DNA from: the human T2T-CHM13v2.0 reference genome, Homo sapiens
Assembly: GCF_009914755.1 (NCBI RefSeq)
Contig: NC_060931.1
DNA: 64,000 nt
Direction: 5' to 3' (one strand)
Shown here: positions 12,269 to 25,579 of the stretch, one piece after another
How the letters are laid out: every line of letters begins with the position of its first letter
Position numbering within the stretch: position 1 is the stretch's first letter
Notes under the pieces: generated by a model
Told to the model about the DNA's origin: nothing
Seen by the model: the letters and a program-made list of their open reading frames with translations, nothing else
Database searches by the model: none
Translations under genes and position numbers: made by a program

Positions 12269-14528
12269 CTGTCGATTAGGAGAAATAAAGAAAAACGGTA
12301 ATTTTATTAAAAATACCAAGGTAGTCATTATTCACACGATACTGCTTGTGCATAACAGAACTCATTTTAAAATAAAGACAAAGTGATACAAGTCTTATTT
12401 AGGCCAGACTCAATTAGTATGGATGTTTTTCTGCATATATTCACATAGCACAGGGAAAAAAAAACTAACATCAACAGAGGCATGAGATAACCATTATAAC
12501 TCTAGCTACGATTTTTCCAAGATAATGATGCTTTTCCTACCTAAAATGCTAAATTTAAGTTTAAAAAGTCAACATCATTTGACAAACTGACATTCACAGC
12601 AAACAGAATCAAGAAAAGTCAAGCTTGCTTCTCCTTATACTTTAATAACCTCCTTATAATTTTTAGATACTATCTTGATAAAATGTTGGTTATTAATATA
12701 CATGTATTACCATCCCATGCCCATGAAATTATAAGTTCTTTTTGCTGAAAATTGCCAAGCCTTATTCATTTTCATATTGCCTGCAGGGTCTCAAAGAAAT
12801 GAATTTCTCACTCCTTTTGGTATTATGTATCCATCTCAGCAGAACAAAGAAAAGTTCAGGCTGAAAATAAAGCAAACCTTTTAGAAGTTGAAGTAGAATA
12901 TATCCAATTCTTTGCAATCACTCATATTAAGGTTCTTATAAACATCGCGTATGTATTATAATGACCACAGGGGTAAAACAAAGCAAATGCAATCTCACAT
13001 CTTATTTTAAAGGCCTCTTATATTTGATGTAAAGCACCATGATTATGTGAAATAATATTTTTGAGCTGTATTCAAAATACTATACCTTTAAAAAATAAAC
13101 TGTTGTCACTTTTTAAACAGGCACATCATATCAAATCATCTCTATTATTCTTAGAATATGAAATCAGATACACAAAGACATAGAGCAAAAGCTTCAAAAG
13201 CCCCAAGGAAGAAGTGATTTGCATACATTTACTGGCCTTTCCCTAAGCAGTCCTCAGAGCAGATGCTAAGCTACCTTTCAGAATTAGAAAGTACTGGGTT
13301 CATTCACTCAATTATTTTTCTACCATGAAAGCCTTGGGGATTAAAAACCAAAGTGATAGCTGCAAACCATTAACGTTTTTAAACTAATCTTCATCACCAG
13401 AGTTTAGGGGAGGAAAAAAACAGGAAAAATCAATAAATAAATGAAAGCACCAAGGTTAACATAATTAAAGCATACGTTTGTTTAGAAGAAAAATTTTTAC
13501 TTAGCGCAAACCAAAAATAGCATCCTAGGATTTTCTTATTTCAGGAAAAAAAAAAAAATTAAAGGTCCTTAAAGGAAAAATAATGAGCCAAAAAAATCTT
13601 CAGTTTCAGAGCAGGAAACTACATTTCTATGAAGTTGAGTAAGACAAAAAATTTTGCCATTTTCCCTCTAAGTGGAGAATCACAGTCCATAGTTTTAGCA
13701 GCCATTGCCAAAATACTGTGGAGCTTGTCTGTTTGGGTTTGTTTACCTGACTGACATCTTTCAGCACCCACCTGAAAGTCAGGATCCAGGGATGTAATGA
13801 AATTATTATGGCCCTGAGTAACAGTTATTGTATCAAAAAGGCATATACTCTTAAGAGTAATGAAGTAGATGTCAGCCAGCAAAAGGCAGAGTTAAAGACA
13901 CAAGACAAGGGGTGGATTGAAATGCAAAGGTTAGGAAAGAAATCAAAGACTGTTTGAATAAAGTTATGTTTCTTTTCTAGTTTTTCAAAAGTACAAATAG
14001 AAAACAATTGCCAGCTTTGTACCTTTCATCATACAAGTCACATTGTAAATAAACAGATATGGTAGAGGTAGTGTTTCTGAGTTCTCAGAAATTGTTTGGG
14101 GTTTCAGAAAAAAAGGCTTTTGAATCTTCTGAACATTATGTAGAAGGGCTTAATTTTATAGACTACATAGTCATTATACTGATTTATAGAGGACTTCAAT
14201 GATTTTAATGGATTACTGAGTAGTATTCAGAAATGAGACTGCAGGAATCCAAAATTTCTTCTTGCCCAGACCTTTGCTATTAATCCAATTGTCACCATTT
14301 CTGAAGAAAGCAACTTATCATCGTAATTTGATTTTAACATTACTTTGCCTAATTTTATTCAAATTATATGGTAAATGTCTAAAACTAGCTAGCAAAGGAA
14401 GAAGCAAAATCTAAATAGGATTATTCCTAAGTGAGCGTATAAAATAGAAGCCAACTACACAGCTAATATGAGTCTTTAAACTAATTCAGTCACAAATTTT
14501 ATTTATGTGGGTGTATATAGGTGTATTT

Positions 14529-14561
<33 letters not shown>
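14529..14561. repeat. (TA)n(CA)n microsatellite
   Basis: Direct reading. Confidence 0.95.
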
Positions 14562-15127
14562 GGCACAGCACATATATTTACCTATGCTTATAGTACAATG
14601 AATAATTTTACACACAGTCTATACTAGAATCAATATGTTTATACATTTCATACACATAGGCATACATAGATATAGACACACTGTATAATTACTAAGCAAA
14701 CTATATAATTATAATTAACTGTACCTGTAAAACATATTATTAAGCACTGTATATGCTAAGCAAAGAAGTCATCAGCTTCAGGTAAAAAAAGATGAAAATA
14801 AAATCATATTGTACAGCAATCCCCAATTATAAATGTCTGTATATGTATATTTAGGTAATTATTTATAGATATAGTCAACTAATTCATTTTTCATGTTTAG
14901 CAGATATATATAATATTAAATTGTATTCATTCCTAACACATCTCACTAAAAGTAAACATTTTTAAGACACACTATAATAGTAAGAGTCAACAGCAACAAA
15001 ATTTTGGAAACTGGAAAACACATGAATAACTATTAACTGAACTAGCGGATTCCAAAAAGCCAAATCCTAACCTGATAATGTAGAGAGTTCAGTACCATCC
15101 CTAGTTAATACCAAAGAATCCTTGAAA

Positions 15128-15522
15128 ACTGGACTAAGAAAATGTGGCACATATACACCATGGAATACTATGCAGCCATAAAAAATGATGAGTTCATGTC
15201 CTTTGTAGGGACATGGATGAAGCTGGAAACCATTATTCTCAGCAAACTATCGCAAGGACAAAAAACCAAACACCGCATGTTCTCACTCATAGGTGGGAAT
15301 TGAACAATGAGAATGCATGGATACAGGAAGGGGAACATCACACACTGGGGCCTGTTGTGGGGTGGGGGGAGGGGGGCGGGATAGCATTTGGAGATATACC
15401 TAATGTTAAATGACGAGTTACTGGGTGCAGCACACCAACATGGCACATGTATACATATGTAACTAACCTGCACGTTGTGCACATGTACCCTAAAACTTAA
15501 AGTATGATAATAATAAAAAAAA
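15128..15522 (+). mobile_element. L1PA4-like 5'-truncated LINE-1 3' end
   Basis: aagaaaatgtggcacatatacaccatggaatac...taatgttaaatgacgag...aaaacttaaagtat + A tail; possible TSD GAAAAC (15124-15129, 15523-15528). Confidence 0.92.
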
Positions 15523-16258
15523 GAAAACCTCAGACACTGTCAGCATCTAATACTTCTGGCACTGTATGGGTAAAAGCAGGGGTGGGAGGTGAACAAAATA
15601 GTCTTGTTGAAAAATTATCATGAAACATATCCTTATATCTCCTAACAAATTCTACACTGCTGGGCAACTGCCTGTCACTATTTTGGGAAAACACTGAAGA
15701 CTTCTTCTCTGGGAAAAAGAGGGTCTCCAGCCTGGGAAACCCAGACATAACTGAAAGTGGGATGCAATACTGAAAAGGAAAGAATTAAGTGAACGTTTCC
15801 ATACACAATGTTAAAAAGAAAGCTTCTTCCTCCACTCATTCCTGGAACATGGGCAGCCAGGCCAATACTCATCTCTGAGGAATCAAACTAAGCCCACAAG
15901 ATGAAAAAATAAATATAGCTGATGGCCAGAGATGCTCACAAAGTAATGCCAGATCACAAATTAATAAGCCTCACCTATATCCTGAGAGCTTTCAAACATT
16001 TTTTAATCCCCTTAACTCTTACAAAGTGTGCATACAAGCAAGGATTGTCTGAGAAGTATGAAAAGTCTCTAACACAAAATCTTTAAAAAAATTAATGGAA
16101 AAAGGCAACTTAGAAGAATCAGACCAGCAGGACGACAAAAACCACCACCCTATTCTTACTTTATCTGAAAAATAAAATACACAACAGGAAACAAGAATAT
16201 GAAGCACTAAAAACGTATTAAGCAAACAAAAAAAAAGCTCTTGAAAATTAAAAATGTA

Positions 16259-16542
16259 GGCCAGGCATGGTGGCTCACACCTGTAATCCCAGCACTTTGG
16301 GAGGCTGAGGTGGGCAGATCACTTGAGATCAGGAGTTTGAAACAAGCCTGGCCAACATGGCGAAACCACATCTCTACTGAAAAAAAAAAAAAAATTAGCC
16401 GGGTGTGGTGGCATGCACCGGTAATCCTAGCTACTACGGAAGCTTGGGTACAAGATTCTCTTGAACCCAGGAGGCAGATGTTGCAGTTAGCCATGATCAT
16501 GCCACTACACTCTAGCCTGGGTGAAAAGTGAGACTCTGCCTC

Positions 16543-16558
<16 letters not shown>
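16259..16558 (+). mobile_element. Alu (Sz/Jb-like) full length
   Basis: Dimeric Alu with A tail. Confidence 0.93.
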
Positions 16559-16601
<43 letters not shown>

Positions 16602-16675
16602 GTATATTTATGTGTGTATATATAAAAGTGTATATATGTGTAATATACATGTGTATATATGTATATGTATATATA
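16559..16675. repeat. (TA)n(CA)n compound microsatellite at Alu tail
   Basis: Direct reading. Confidence 0.9.
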
Positions 16676-18362
16676 AAACAACAGAAAAGAAGTACTCAAT
16701 AGAGGCGTTGGAAGATAAAGTTCAAGAAATCCCCCAAAGATAGAGAAAAAAGAAGAAGACAGAGAAAATAAAAGTGAAGGGATAAATAAATCAGAGAACA
16801 AGCTGGGCGGCAGTCCAACAGCAGATTCAGTGGAATTCCAGAAAGAGAGAAGAGAAAGCTATTAATAAAAAGCAAGTCATTAACAAATAATTCAAGAAAA
16901 TCTCCCAGAAGGGAGGCACACAAATTAACAAATTAAGAATGCTGAGTTCCCAACAAGGATGGAAGTTAATATGAATCAAAGCAAATCATTGTAATACAAA
17001 GATGAAGAATTAGAATAGCTTCATACTCTTTACCAGAAACTAAGAACAGAGAAAAGACTTCAAAAATTTGAAGGAAACTGATTTGCCATTAAAATTCGTT
17101 ACCCAGTTAAACTATCAGTTGAGTTGGATAAGAAAGAAACATTTTTCAAAATCAAGAATTTAAAAAGTATTTCTCCCATGCACCTCTCTCAAGAAAGAGG
17201 ATAATAAAGTCATAAAACACAAAAACTTTAACCAAGGAGAGAGGAAAAGGGAATTTTCAAGATGACAGAAGAGATCTTAGGATGACAGATAAGCACCAGT
17301 CATAGAAGGCCACCAGTCCAAATGGGAGCAGTGTGTCTCAAATGGCACATTTGCTAAGTGTCATCCTGATACACTTCATCACCCTACCTTCCTTTCAATG
17401 ATGAAGCTACAGAGAATATGTTCCACCCAAACAATGAAAAGACCAAGAAAGAGAAAGATAGGAGGTCATTGGGAACAGGGAAAAGGACTCTGAAAAAAAG
17501 CAAAAGGAAATTTCAGGAGGCCTGCGAAGGTGACCTACAGAGCAACCAGTTTCAATAGTAGATGGAAACACACACACACACAGATATGTTTCTTGGATAT
17601 GATCAACTTTGTGGAAGGCTGTGTTAACAGGCCTTTGGATGATATGGGAAAATTAATGATTGATACAGAGAAAACTGAGCACACAAATAACCAAGTCATC
17701 ATTTGATTTAGGAAAAACAAAAGGAAGGAAATATAATCATATTGCATAGCAACTCCCAATTGCAAATAATATTTGGATGTGCATAATATAAATAATGAAT
17801 CATGATCTAAGCAAAAACATGAATACAAGTCTATGAAACTAAGGGATTCCTCCCCAGAAAGAAAGAAAAGCAAAGGGGATAGTGTGATGAGAGTGCTGAA
17901 TCCTACTCCACGACAATAAGAAATCAGCAAATAATGGCTAAAATTGACAAACCCAGTTACAGCAGTATATGAATATTATTTAGAAATATGGGTCATATGT
18001 ATTTGTTAGAAGAAACAGAGAAAAGAGCCAAAGTATTGATATATTTTGGGATAATACTGTCAGTAATGCCATCATATCCATCGTCAAAATGGACTGTATC
18101 ATAAACATTCTAAAGGTAAACTCCATTATTCAGTGTTAAGGGTCTTTGTCCATTTTAATTCATAGTGCTTGGCACAAAGGAGTTGCTCTATAATGCTTCT
18201 TACTGAATTAATAAGCGAATAAACCCAGGAAAGTAAATATGACAAGCTCTGGAGAACTTTGATAATTCCAAAGGGGTTCTATTCATGACAAAACTGACAT
18301 GAAAGACAGACATGAAATGTTTTCAAGATCTTTCCAAATTATGAAAGCAGAAACATCACCAT

Positions 18363-18412
18363 TTCTGAGATCAGATGAGATCGGGCGCATTCAGGGTGTT
18401 ACAGCCATAGAC
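18363..18412 (-). pseudogene. 5S rRNA retropseudogene, 3'-truncated (5S nt 1-50)
   Basis: Reverse complement GTCTATGGCTGTAACACCCTGAATGCGCCCGATCTCATCTGATCTCAGAA matches human 5S 5' end at 43/50. Confidence 0.92.
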
Positions 18413-18599
18413 TGCACTATTTCCAATACACTATTTTATATGACATGGGATTTATTGTAGCCAAATAAATATGATTACATATTTGTTTCATTGACATATC
18501 CAAAAGTGTATAAATTCAACTTGGCTAAAAAGTACTTTTAAGATTTCCTCATTTAGGCACATAATTATAACCTCTAAGATGCTCGAGCTTTTTGGTCCC

Positions 18600-18955
18600 C
18601 TAGGCACCTCCATTTGGAGCTCCCTCTGCCTGGTTTGCCTTCCCTGCTCAACTCCCCACATACTTGTTTCACTCCAGCTGCTTCTACACAGCTTCTTCTG
18701 ACTCAGCTTAGATATCACATTCTCCAGAATGCCTTATCTGATCCCTAAGGCTGAAGACCCTCTTACGTGTTCCTACATCACCCTATTCATATCCCTGTCA
18801 CAGAAGAGCACACACAGTAAATTTCCTGTCTTACTTATTTCCTCTCTACTTGAAAATAAGATGTTCATCAGACTAGCTGTCCTATTTATAACTGTATCCT
18901 CAGCAACCATAATTGTAGACACATAACTATCTGACAAATAGATTTGTTCATTAAT
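18600..18955 (+). mobile_element. L2 3' fragment
   Basis: ctcagcttagatatcacattctccaga...gtatcctcagca. Confidence 0.6.
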
Positions 18956-19360
18956 TTGAAAAATATTTAGTTCCTACAATGTGCCAAGCGTTTTCCTAGG
19001 CATTGAAAATATAATCCTAAAGAAAACAAATAGTCTATCTTTGTGGAGCTTACGTTCTAGATATAAATACAGAAAGACACAACAAGTCAGTGTGTAAACA
19101 CAGTGTAAGATGGTGCTGAATGGAATGAAGCAAAATAAGTAGTCAGGGTATAGCAACAGAGAGGGAGAGGAAAGAGTGCTACTTTAGATAGAATGGTGAA
19201 AAAGGGAAGAACTCTTAAAGGATGTAAGACTAGAGACCTAAGTGAAAGAATAAGTCATTCAAATAATATCAGTGGGAGGAACAGACCAAGTAGAAGAAAC
19301 AGCCAAACATCAAGGCCCAGAGAAGGAAATGTACTGCGTGCATCGAAGGCAGACAGGCAA
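18950..19360 (-). mobile_element. L2 fragment (opposite orientation)
   Basis: aaatatttagttcctacaatgtgccaag...ggagcttacgttctag. Confidence 0.65.
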
Positions 19361-20224
19361 GCAGGCATTCCATTAACTGGATAGTTTCCACCGAGCCATT
19401 TCAACTTTCTAAGCCTTATTTTCCCCATCTACAAAATCTGAAGCCTATTACACTTAAACCCACACTTGTAGCCCAGGTATTTTACTAAATAACTTTGCTA
19501 TTTCTGTACCTCCTACCACAACTCAGCTTGGTACAATCAGATGGTTCACCAAGTAGGTGCACTTTCTGAAACACATGGAGTCACACCCTGATTCACTCTC
19601 TCATGAATTTAATACAAACATAGTAGCTCATCTGACACTTCCATGGATTATACCAATTGGGCTGTACATGTTCTGGCATGTAACAAAGTTCAGGCATTCC
19701 AAATAGTCTGTTGGACAGATCAAGATTTAGAAGGCTCACAGTTATATTTTACTCCAGCAAATGTCAGGGCTCAAATTACAGTTCCATCAAGTAGGGGTCT
19801 AAGTCTCTAATTCAAGTTTTAAATTTGGCTATGGAGAATCGTAGTATGCTTATACTGCTTACTGCTGACCTGTATTTTTAAAAATGATAAATTAATCAAC
19901 ACACTCTGGGAGCTGAGGGTGGACAGCCATCATCCAGAACAGTGCCCAGAACATGGTAGAAATCTAAATAAAAATTAATGAGTACATGGATAAATGACTG
20001 AGCAGTTGGGAACTAATGAATCACAAGTGCCTATCTAAAGGACTATGGTATCAACTTTTTCTGGGCTCCAGATCCTCCTACAGTACCTACTTCATGAACA
20101 TTGTTACAATGTCTATTTAAAATAAAACTATAATAGTTATCTAGCTAAAGTATATTCCATTGGTTAGGAAAATAACATGTCCTCTATATAGAGGACTGTA
20201 TAGAACAACAATAAAAATTATAGT

Positions 20225-20420
20225 TGAAGTAGCAGCTATCAATAATTGACATCCTTGTATATACTATGCTAGCTGAAATCTAAACTCATTTAATCATCAA
20301 AGCAAACTATCTGGTAATTTTTATCTCTATTTTATAGTTGAGAAGACATACTCCAGTTAGGTGACATTGCCAACATCACACAGAGCTGGCTGGTTGTGGA
20401 GCTCTTATATAAAATCCAGG
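20225..20420 (-). mobile_element. MIR SINE
   Basis: ctcatttaatcatca...ctattttatagttgagaa. Confidence 0.55.
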
Positions 20421-20472
20421 TTGGATTTCTGGGCTCAATTCCTGTAGAGGAATTGTGAAGATGAATAGACAA

Positions 20473-20871
20473 CGTCTTAGTCCATTTTGTGTTGCTTTAA
20501 CAGAATACCTGACACTGGGTAATACATAAAGGAAAGTTTATTGGTCTTGTGATTCTGGAGGTTGGGAAATCTAAGATTTGGGAACCCCTTCTGGTGAGGG
20601 TCTCATGCTGCTTCAACTCATGGTAGGGAAACGGAAGGGGGAGCAGGCACATGCAAAGAGGCCAAATAAGAAAAGGAACACCACACTCTTGCAGTAACCC
20701 AGTTCCAAGAGAAAATGAACTCACTACTAGAGAAAGGCATAAAAATGTATTCATGAGGAATCCACCCCCATGGACCAAATATCTCCCACTCCCTACCACA
20801 CAACACTGCAACTTTGGGAATCAAATTTCAACATGAGTTTTGGAGAGGACAAATCACATCCAAACCATACA
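20473..20871 (-). mobile_element. MST (MSTB-like) MaLR solo LTR
   Basis: gtcttagtccattttgtgttgct...tttcaacatgagttttggagaggacaaa..catccaaaccata; approximate TSD (g/c)acaa. Confidence 0.88.
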
Positions 20872-21349
20872 CACAATAGGTAGAAGGTTTCTGCATTATT
20901 TGAACCATAGTCACATAAATGCAATATAGAGTGACTATTAGCCAGTTGTAATTTAGAAATATTTTATACCGATAAGAATATTTCTACATTTCTAATCATT
21001 TTACCAATTTGCCATTTAGTTCACTCCCCACACGCAAACCTGTTACCCAGCCCTAAAAACCAAGTTTATTGGACCACAAGGTAGGACAACTGTTCATTCC
21101 TTTCACTTTGAATATATGGACAGATTCAGCTCAGGAGAGTATGTCCTTTAATAAATCAGGATAATTTTGAAACGCCATCTTGCTCACAACTAAGAAAAGG
21201 TGTAAGTGTGTATACCAGTGTAAAAGTAAAGCTCAAGCAGTGGCTATTTTAAAAACTTTTTAAAACTTTGTAGAACACAGAGATGTGGAAGAATGTGTGT
21301 CAGCAGATCATGACATCATAGCTGACAAGATAAGGAGTGACAGGTAACT

Positions 21350-21580
21350 GTCACTCTGTTTGGCAGAACTGATATTAAATCCCAGCTCTATCATTTGCTA
21401 GTTACTGGGAAAGTAACACATTCTCATATTCTTCAAAGCTGTATTTCCTACATATGAGGTAGGAATAACAATAGTATCTATTTGACAGGACTGACATAAG
21501 AATGAAATTAGTGAATACATATAAAGAACAAAAGACAAATGTAAAACACATGTCTAGCACTTATTAAATACTTAATACAA
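21350..21580 (+). mobile_element. MIR SINE
   Basis: aaatcccagctctatcatttgctag. Confidence 0.6.
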
Positions 21581-21794
21581 AAATCATTGTATCCTAAAAC
21601 AATAGTTGAGAGACAGTTGCCTTCCAAAGCAGGTTTTAGTGCAATTAAATAGATTGTTTTGAAGCAGATGTTTCTAGAAATTTTATTTAATGAGTTTCTA
21701 AATACATATTATGTCATTTTAATATTTTCCCCTACATAGTTCAGACATCCACATTTACAGGATCCTTCCTGGGTTTTAGACACTAAACTAAAAA

Positions 21795-21975
21795 GCATTT
21801 TTTTCCTCATCTCATCTTTACAACTGTGAGGTCGATGTTATTATTCCTATATTAAAGGTGAGAACACATTTCAGAAGTTAAAGAAACTGCCCATGCAGAT
21901 AAGTGATAGAGCTGGGATTCAAAACCCAGGTCTGCTTGGTTCCAAAGGCTATGCTTTGAAATAGTATGCTACCCT
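21795..21975 (-). mobile_element. MIR SINE
   Basis: tagagctgggattcaaaacccaggtctg. Confidence 0.65.
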
Positions 21976-23051
21976 AACCCCTTATTTCCTCAGAGACCAT
22001 AGTTGTGCCAACCATAGTGTTTTTCAGGAATGTTAAGCTTCTCGGTTGGAGAGGGATTACTGTGTGACTATTTCTAAAATGAAAAGTCAATAGTTGAGAG
22101 GCATTCAAACGCATACAGTTAGACCAACAAAGGCCCTAATTCTGCTCAGCTGGCACACCCTTTGTGCCTTTCTCTCACTCCCCGGGACCTACCCATAGAT
22201 GGTGTGTAAATAATTTTAGTAACTGTAAATTAGTCATTTATTAATATTCCAAATAATCTAATTCCAAGTACCTTTAGTAAAATATGAGAATAGAAGCTAT
22301 TACTAATTTGAAGAACTCCCAGATTTTCAGTCATGCATTAGGTTGGAGTTAAAAGGAGTAAAAGAAAGTGTTTTATAGTAGAACGTAGATGATCTGCATT
22401 GAAAATTTGAGCTTCTAGAATTCTGGGATGCTAACTGTGACACGGATCTGCTGCCTCTTGTTTGTTATTTCACTAGAGACAATAAGCCTACATTCCTTTT
22501 TGTTCACAATTCTAGAAAAATAAGTGATATCAGGAGGGAGAGATGGTTAAAGTGAGTTTCTGGCCTTATATACAGGTTTTATTACCATCTGCAGCCAGTT
22601 GTCAATCACAAAATAACAAAGTAAAATGTGGTGATGAAAGCCAAACTTTCTCCTTAATAAAGTGAGGTTTAAAGCAGATACCTTCAAGTTACTTAATCAA
22701 GGACTTGACCAAGTGAGACAAGCATCCAACATATATTAGCCATAGAAAAACAGCTGATCTTGGTGAGCACACATTTCCTACCTTCATTCCATCTTCATTT
22801 CCTAATTGCTACTTTAGAATGGTAGTAAAAGTGAAGGTAACGTATTTAGTTACCCACATCAGAAATATGCAACAAAGTCATATATAAATCTAAGCAAAAT
22901 CATCCTGTTAGAAAAACAAGAATTTTTAAAGTATTCCTACTTTGTTTCAAAACTGATTTAGGACATTTCTAAAATTAAATATGGGAGGCAAATATATGAC
23001 TGCTTAATCTTAAGGTCTAGAAATCTGAAGGCTTTAGAAATGCCATGTTAC

Positions 23052-23135
23052 CTTGCCTACTGATCGTTCAGTAGTGATCTTTAAAACCGTATCAGACAAA
23101 GAGGATTCTGACTTTCTAAATTGAAAACAAAATGC
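23052..23135 (-). other. Candidate 84-nt exon (likely 5'UTR/non-coding; frame 0 open)
   Basis: Acceptor TTTATTTTGATTCCTTTTTAG/G, donor AAG/GTAACA, two retained CpGs; frame 0 reads AFCFQFRKSESSLSDTVLKITTERSVGK, not recognised. Confidence 0.5.
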
Positions 23136-23404
23136 CTAAAAAGGAATCAAAATAAATGTTTTCAATATTGTAGAGATATAAAATTCATGATATTTTTAAA
23201 ATTTCTTCTTCAATGTGAAGAAAATCATACTGTGGATAATTAGATAAGTAATAACAGCTCCTCTGGAAGCCATATGTTTAGGTTTATAAGCAAATATTTT
23301 CTCTTTTATGTCTTGTATTTCAGTACTGAATAGCCCAAAGACCCCATGTGTAGAAAGCCACAAGAGAGCATGGAAGATATATTTTATGCTAAAAAGAAAA
23401 CACA

Positions 23405-24085
23405 AATGAAGAATGACAGCCAAGTTTCAAAGCACAGAGCTTAAAACGGAAAATGTAGATAACCTGAAAGACAGCATATGCTGCTAAGTGCCATTATCAG
23501 AAAAAAAAAAAGAAAGAAACGGTCACAGCTGTCAGATCTATATTTCTAGATCACAACAAGGCTGCCATTCAAATAGCGCTGTCAAATTGGGTCTATGTTT
23601 AATGTGAGATACAGACCACAAGAGTTTCAGAGAATCAAGTAAGTGAGTAAGACAACTGTAAGTAATGTTCTGCTTTTTTACTAGCACTGCCCTCAAGACA
23701 ATTCAGCCTAGTTTATGATTATCACATAAGAAGACTCTTAGTTTGTATTCTTTCACCAACACATGGTTTTAAAATTCACAGCTAAAAATTAGAGTCAAAT
23801 CTCACCCTCCCCTTTGGATAGAGCTCTGGCAACATTTCTGTTCACTCCAAATTCCTAACAGGATAGATAGAGCTTTCCGTATCTTGGGAAAGCCATACAT
23901 GGACCCACAACTTACAGGGACACAATTCTGAGGACTCACTGAGCCCTCCAGGAACAGAATCCCTACATTCCTTCACTCCACCTCTTTGTGTTCATTCAAA
24001 TACGTCACCTACATCCCCAACTCTTCACCTCATAACAGCAATGAAGAATGACAGCCAAGTTTCAAAGCACAGAGCTTAAAACGGA
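23405..24085. repeat. Dispersed exact 46-bp direct repeat (23405-23450, 24040-24085)
   Basis: aatgaagaatgacagccaagtttcaaagcacagagcttaaaacgga identical twice. Confidence 0.95.
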
Positions 24086-24254
24086 GAATTCCTCCTCTAA
24101 ATCATGCTATACACAGAACACAAGTGTTTGGAAATGTTATTCATCCATTTGCTAAAAGCCATTTTCTCAAGTCTCTTAGATAAAATAAAAACTAAAAATG
24201 TCCTAATTATAAATTTCAAAATGGAAGTGGATTAAATACCTTCACCTCTTGTTC

Positions 24255-24690
24255 AGGGGCAATACGGGATCGCACAAAAGGCATGGGCTTCAGGGTGAGA
24301 CAGACACAGGTTTGAACCTACCAATTGTTGACTGTGTAACCTTGGACATGTGATTTCAATTTTCTGAGGTTCCTTTCTTAACCCCCTAAACCACAAATGG
24401 CTGCTGTGATAAAAACCACAAATGGCTGCTGTGAGGGTTAAATTATAATTGTCATGATTTTCATTACAGCTAATATTTACTGAGCACTTTCTATGGGTCA
24501 AGTATTATTTTCAGCATTTTACATATATTAACTCAATCCACACAACCACCCATAAGATAGGAAGTACTAGCTCTGTTTTACAAATAGGGAGCCTGACACA
24601 TAGAAAGGTTAAGCAACTCCCAAGAACATCAACTATAACTGAGGGAACAAGAATTAGAACCAGGTCTCACTGAAGAACTCAACCCTCAGC
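24255..24690. mobile_element. Two MIR SINEs, tail to tail (+ ~24255-24450; - ~24455-24690)
   Basis: ctgtgtaaccttgg MIR core on +; gctaatatttactgagcactt and aggttaagcaact on -. Confidence 0.7.
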
Positions 24691-25579
24691 ACACCTTACC
24701 TCACTTAAATAAGAATTCTGTGTGTACAGTCTGTTTATGCAATGACAGCCATACAATGCTCATTTCTTTTCCTTCTTTCCTACCCCCATTCTCTACCCAC
24801 CCTATATCATGCAAATCATGAAATCATTGTAGTAAGTAGGAAGGGAATACAATACTGTTATAGAAAAAAAGTATAGAAAATATGAGGGACTAAGAGATCC
24901 TCTAATTATTATTATTATTTATTTTTTATTTTTGGAAAACCTCACTTTAAAGAATACAGTGAGAAGGATCACCTTCCACCTTAGCCAGTGACAAAGTAAC
25001 CTCCTTAGAGGGAAATTTACACGTAACACAGTATCTGCTGCAACTCACAAGGTTCCCTGACCCCACTCCCCTGAACTCAGTACTTATGGGAGAATAAGAT
25101 ACTTTTGTTTCATCTAATGAACAGAGTATAACATGGAAGAGACAAAAAAGACACTGTTTCCTCTTCAAATTAGTGCCCAGTACAGCTTGCTTGGAGCAAA
25201 TGCAGAGATCAATTATCCAGAGGGCTTTAAGGAACATGGCCCAGCTTCTGCATGCTCAGGATCTAAAGGTGCCTGCATTATAGATGGCGGCACCCACAGG
25301 GCAGATGTGGACAGCAACCATGCCACACCATGAGGCAGAAGCATCAGCAGGTGCAGCAGGAGCTGCTGCAGGGCACTCAAGCAGGTTCCAGACAACTAGG
25401 ACAAAAGGGCTTTAAGGCGTCAAGTGACGAAGCAGGTCTCAGCAGAAAGCCAGGAAGCCAGGAAAAATTCTCAGTGCTCCATAAGGCTTTACTCAGGCAT
25501 TTCCACATATACTCAGTGACTGGAGGCTGCCAGAAATTCTGAAGCTGTGGACAGGGCAAGTTTTATCCTGCTGCAGAGT

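Larger units (their letters stand above)
14960..17990 (+). mobile_element. Ancient L1M/HAL1 5'UTR-ORF1 remnants, interrupted by L1PA4 and Alu
   Basis: A-rich purine-skewed sequence with ORF1-like motifs (gttccagaaagagag, acccagttaaactatca). Confidence 0.55.

Noticed and set aside
12711-12860. Possible minus exon after TTTATTTTCAG
   Set aside because: Weak donors and stops in all frames; no additional support.
13619-13882. 87-aa minus ORF with two donor-like sites (CAG/GTAAAC, CAG/GTGGGT)
   Set aside because: No convincing upstream acceptor and no recognisable protein.
15359-15381. G-quadruplex-forming G tract
   Set aside because: Standard L1PA 3'UTR feature.
24388-24434. 22-bp direct repeat with short spacer
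   Set aside because: Two-copy slippage duplication in a MIR; not CRISPR-like or functional.
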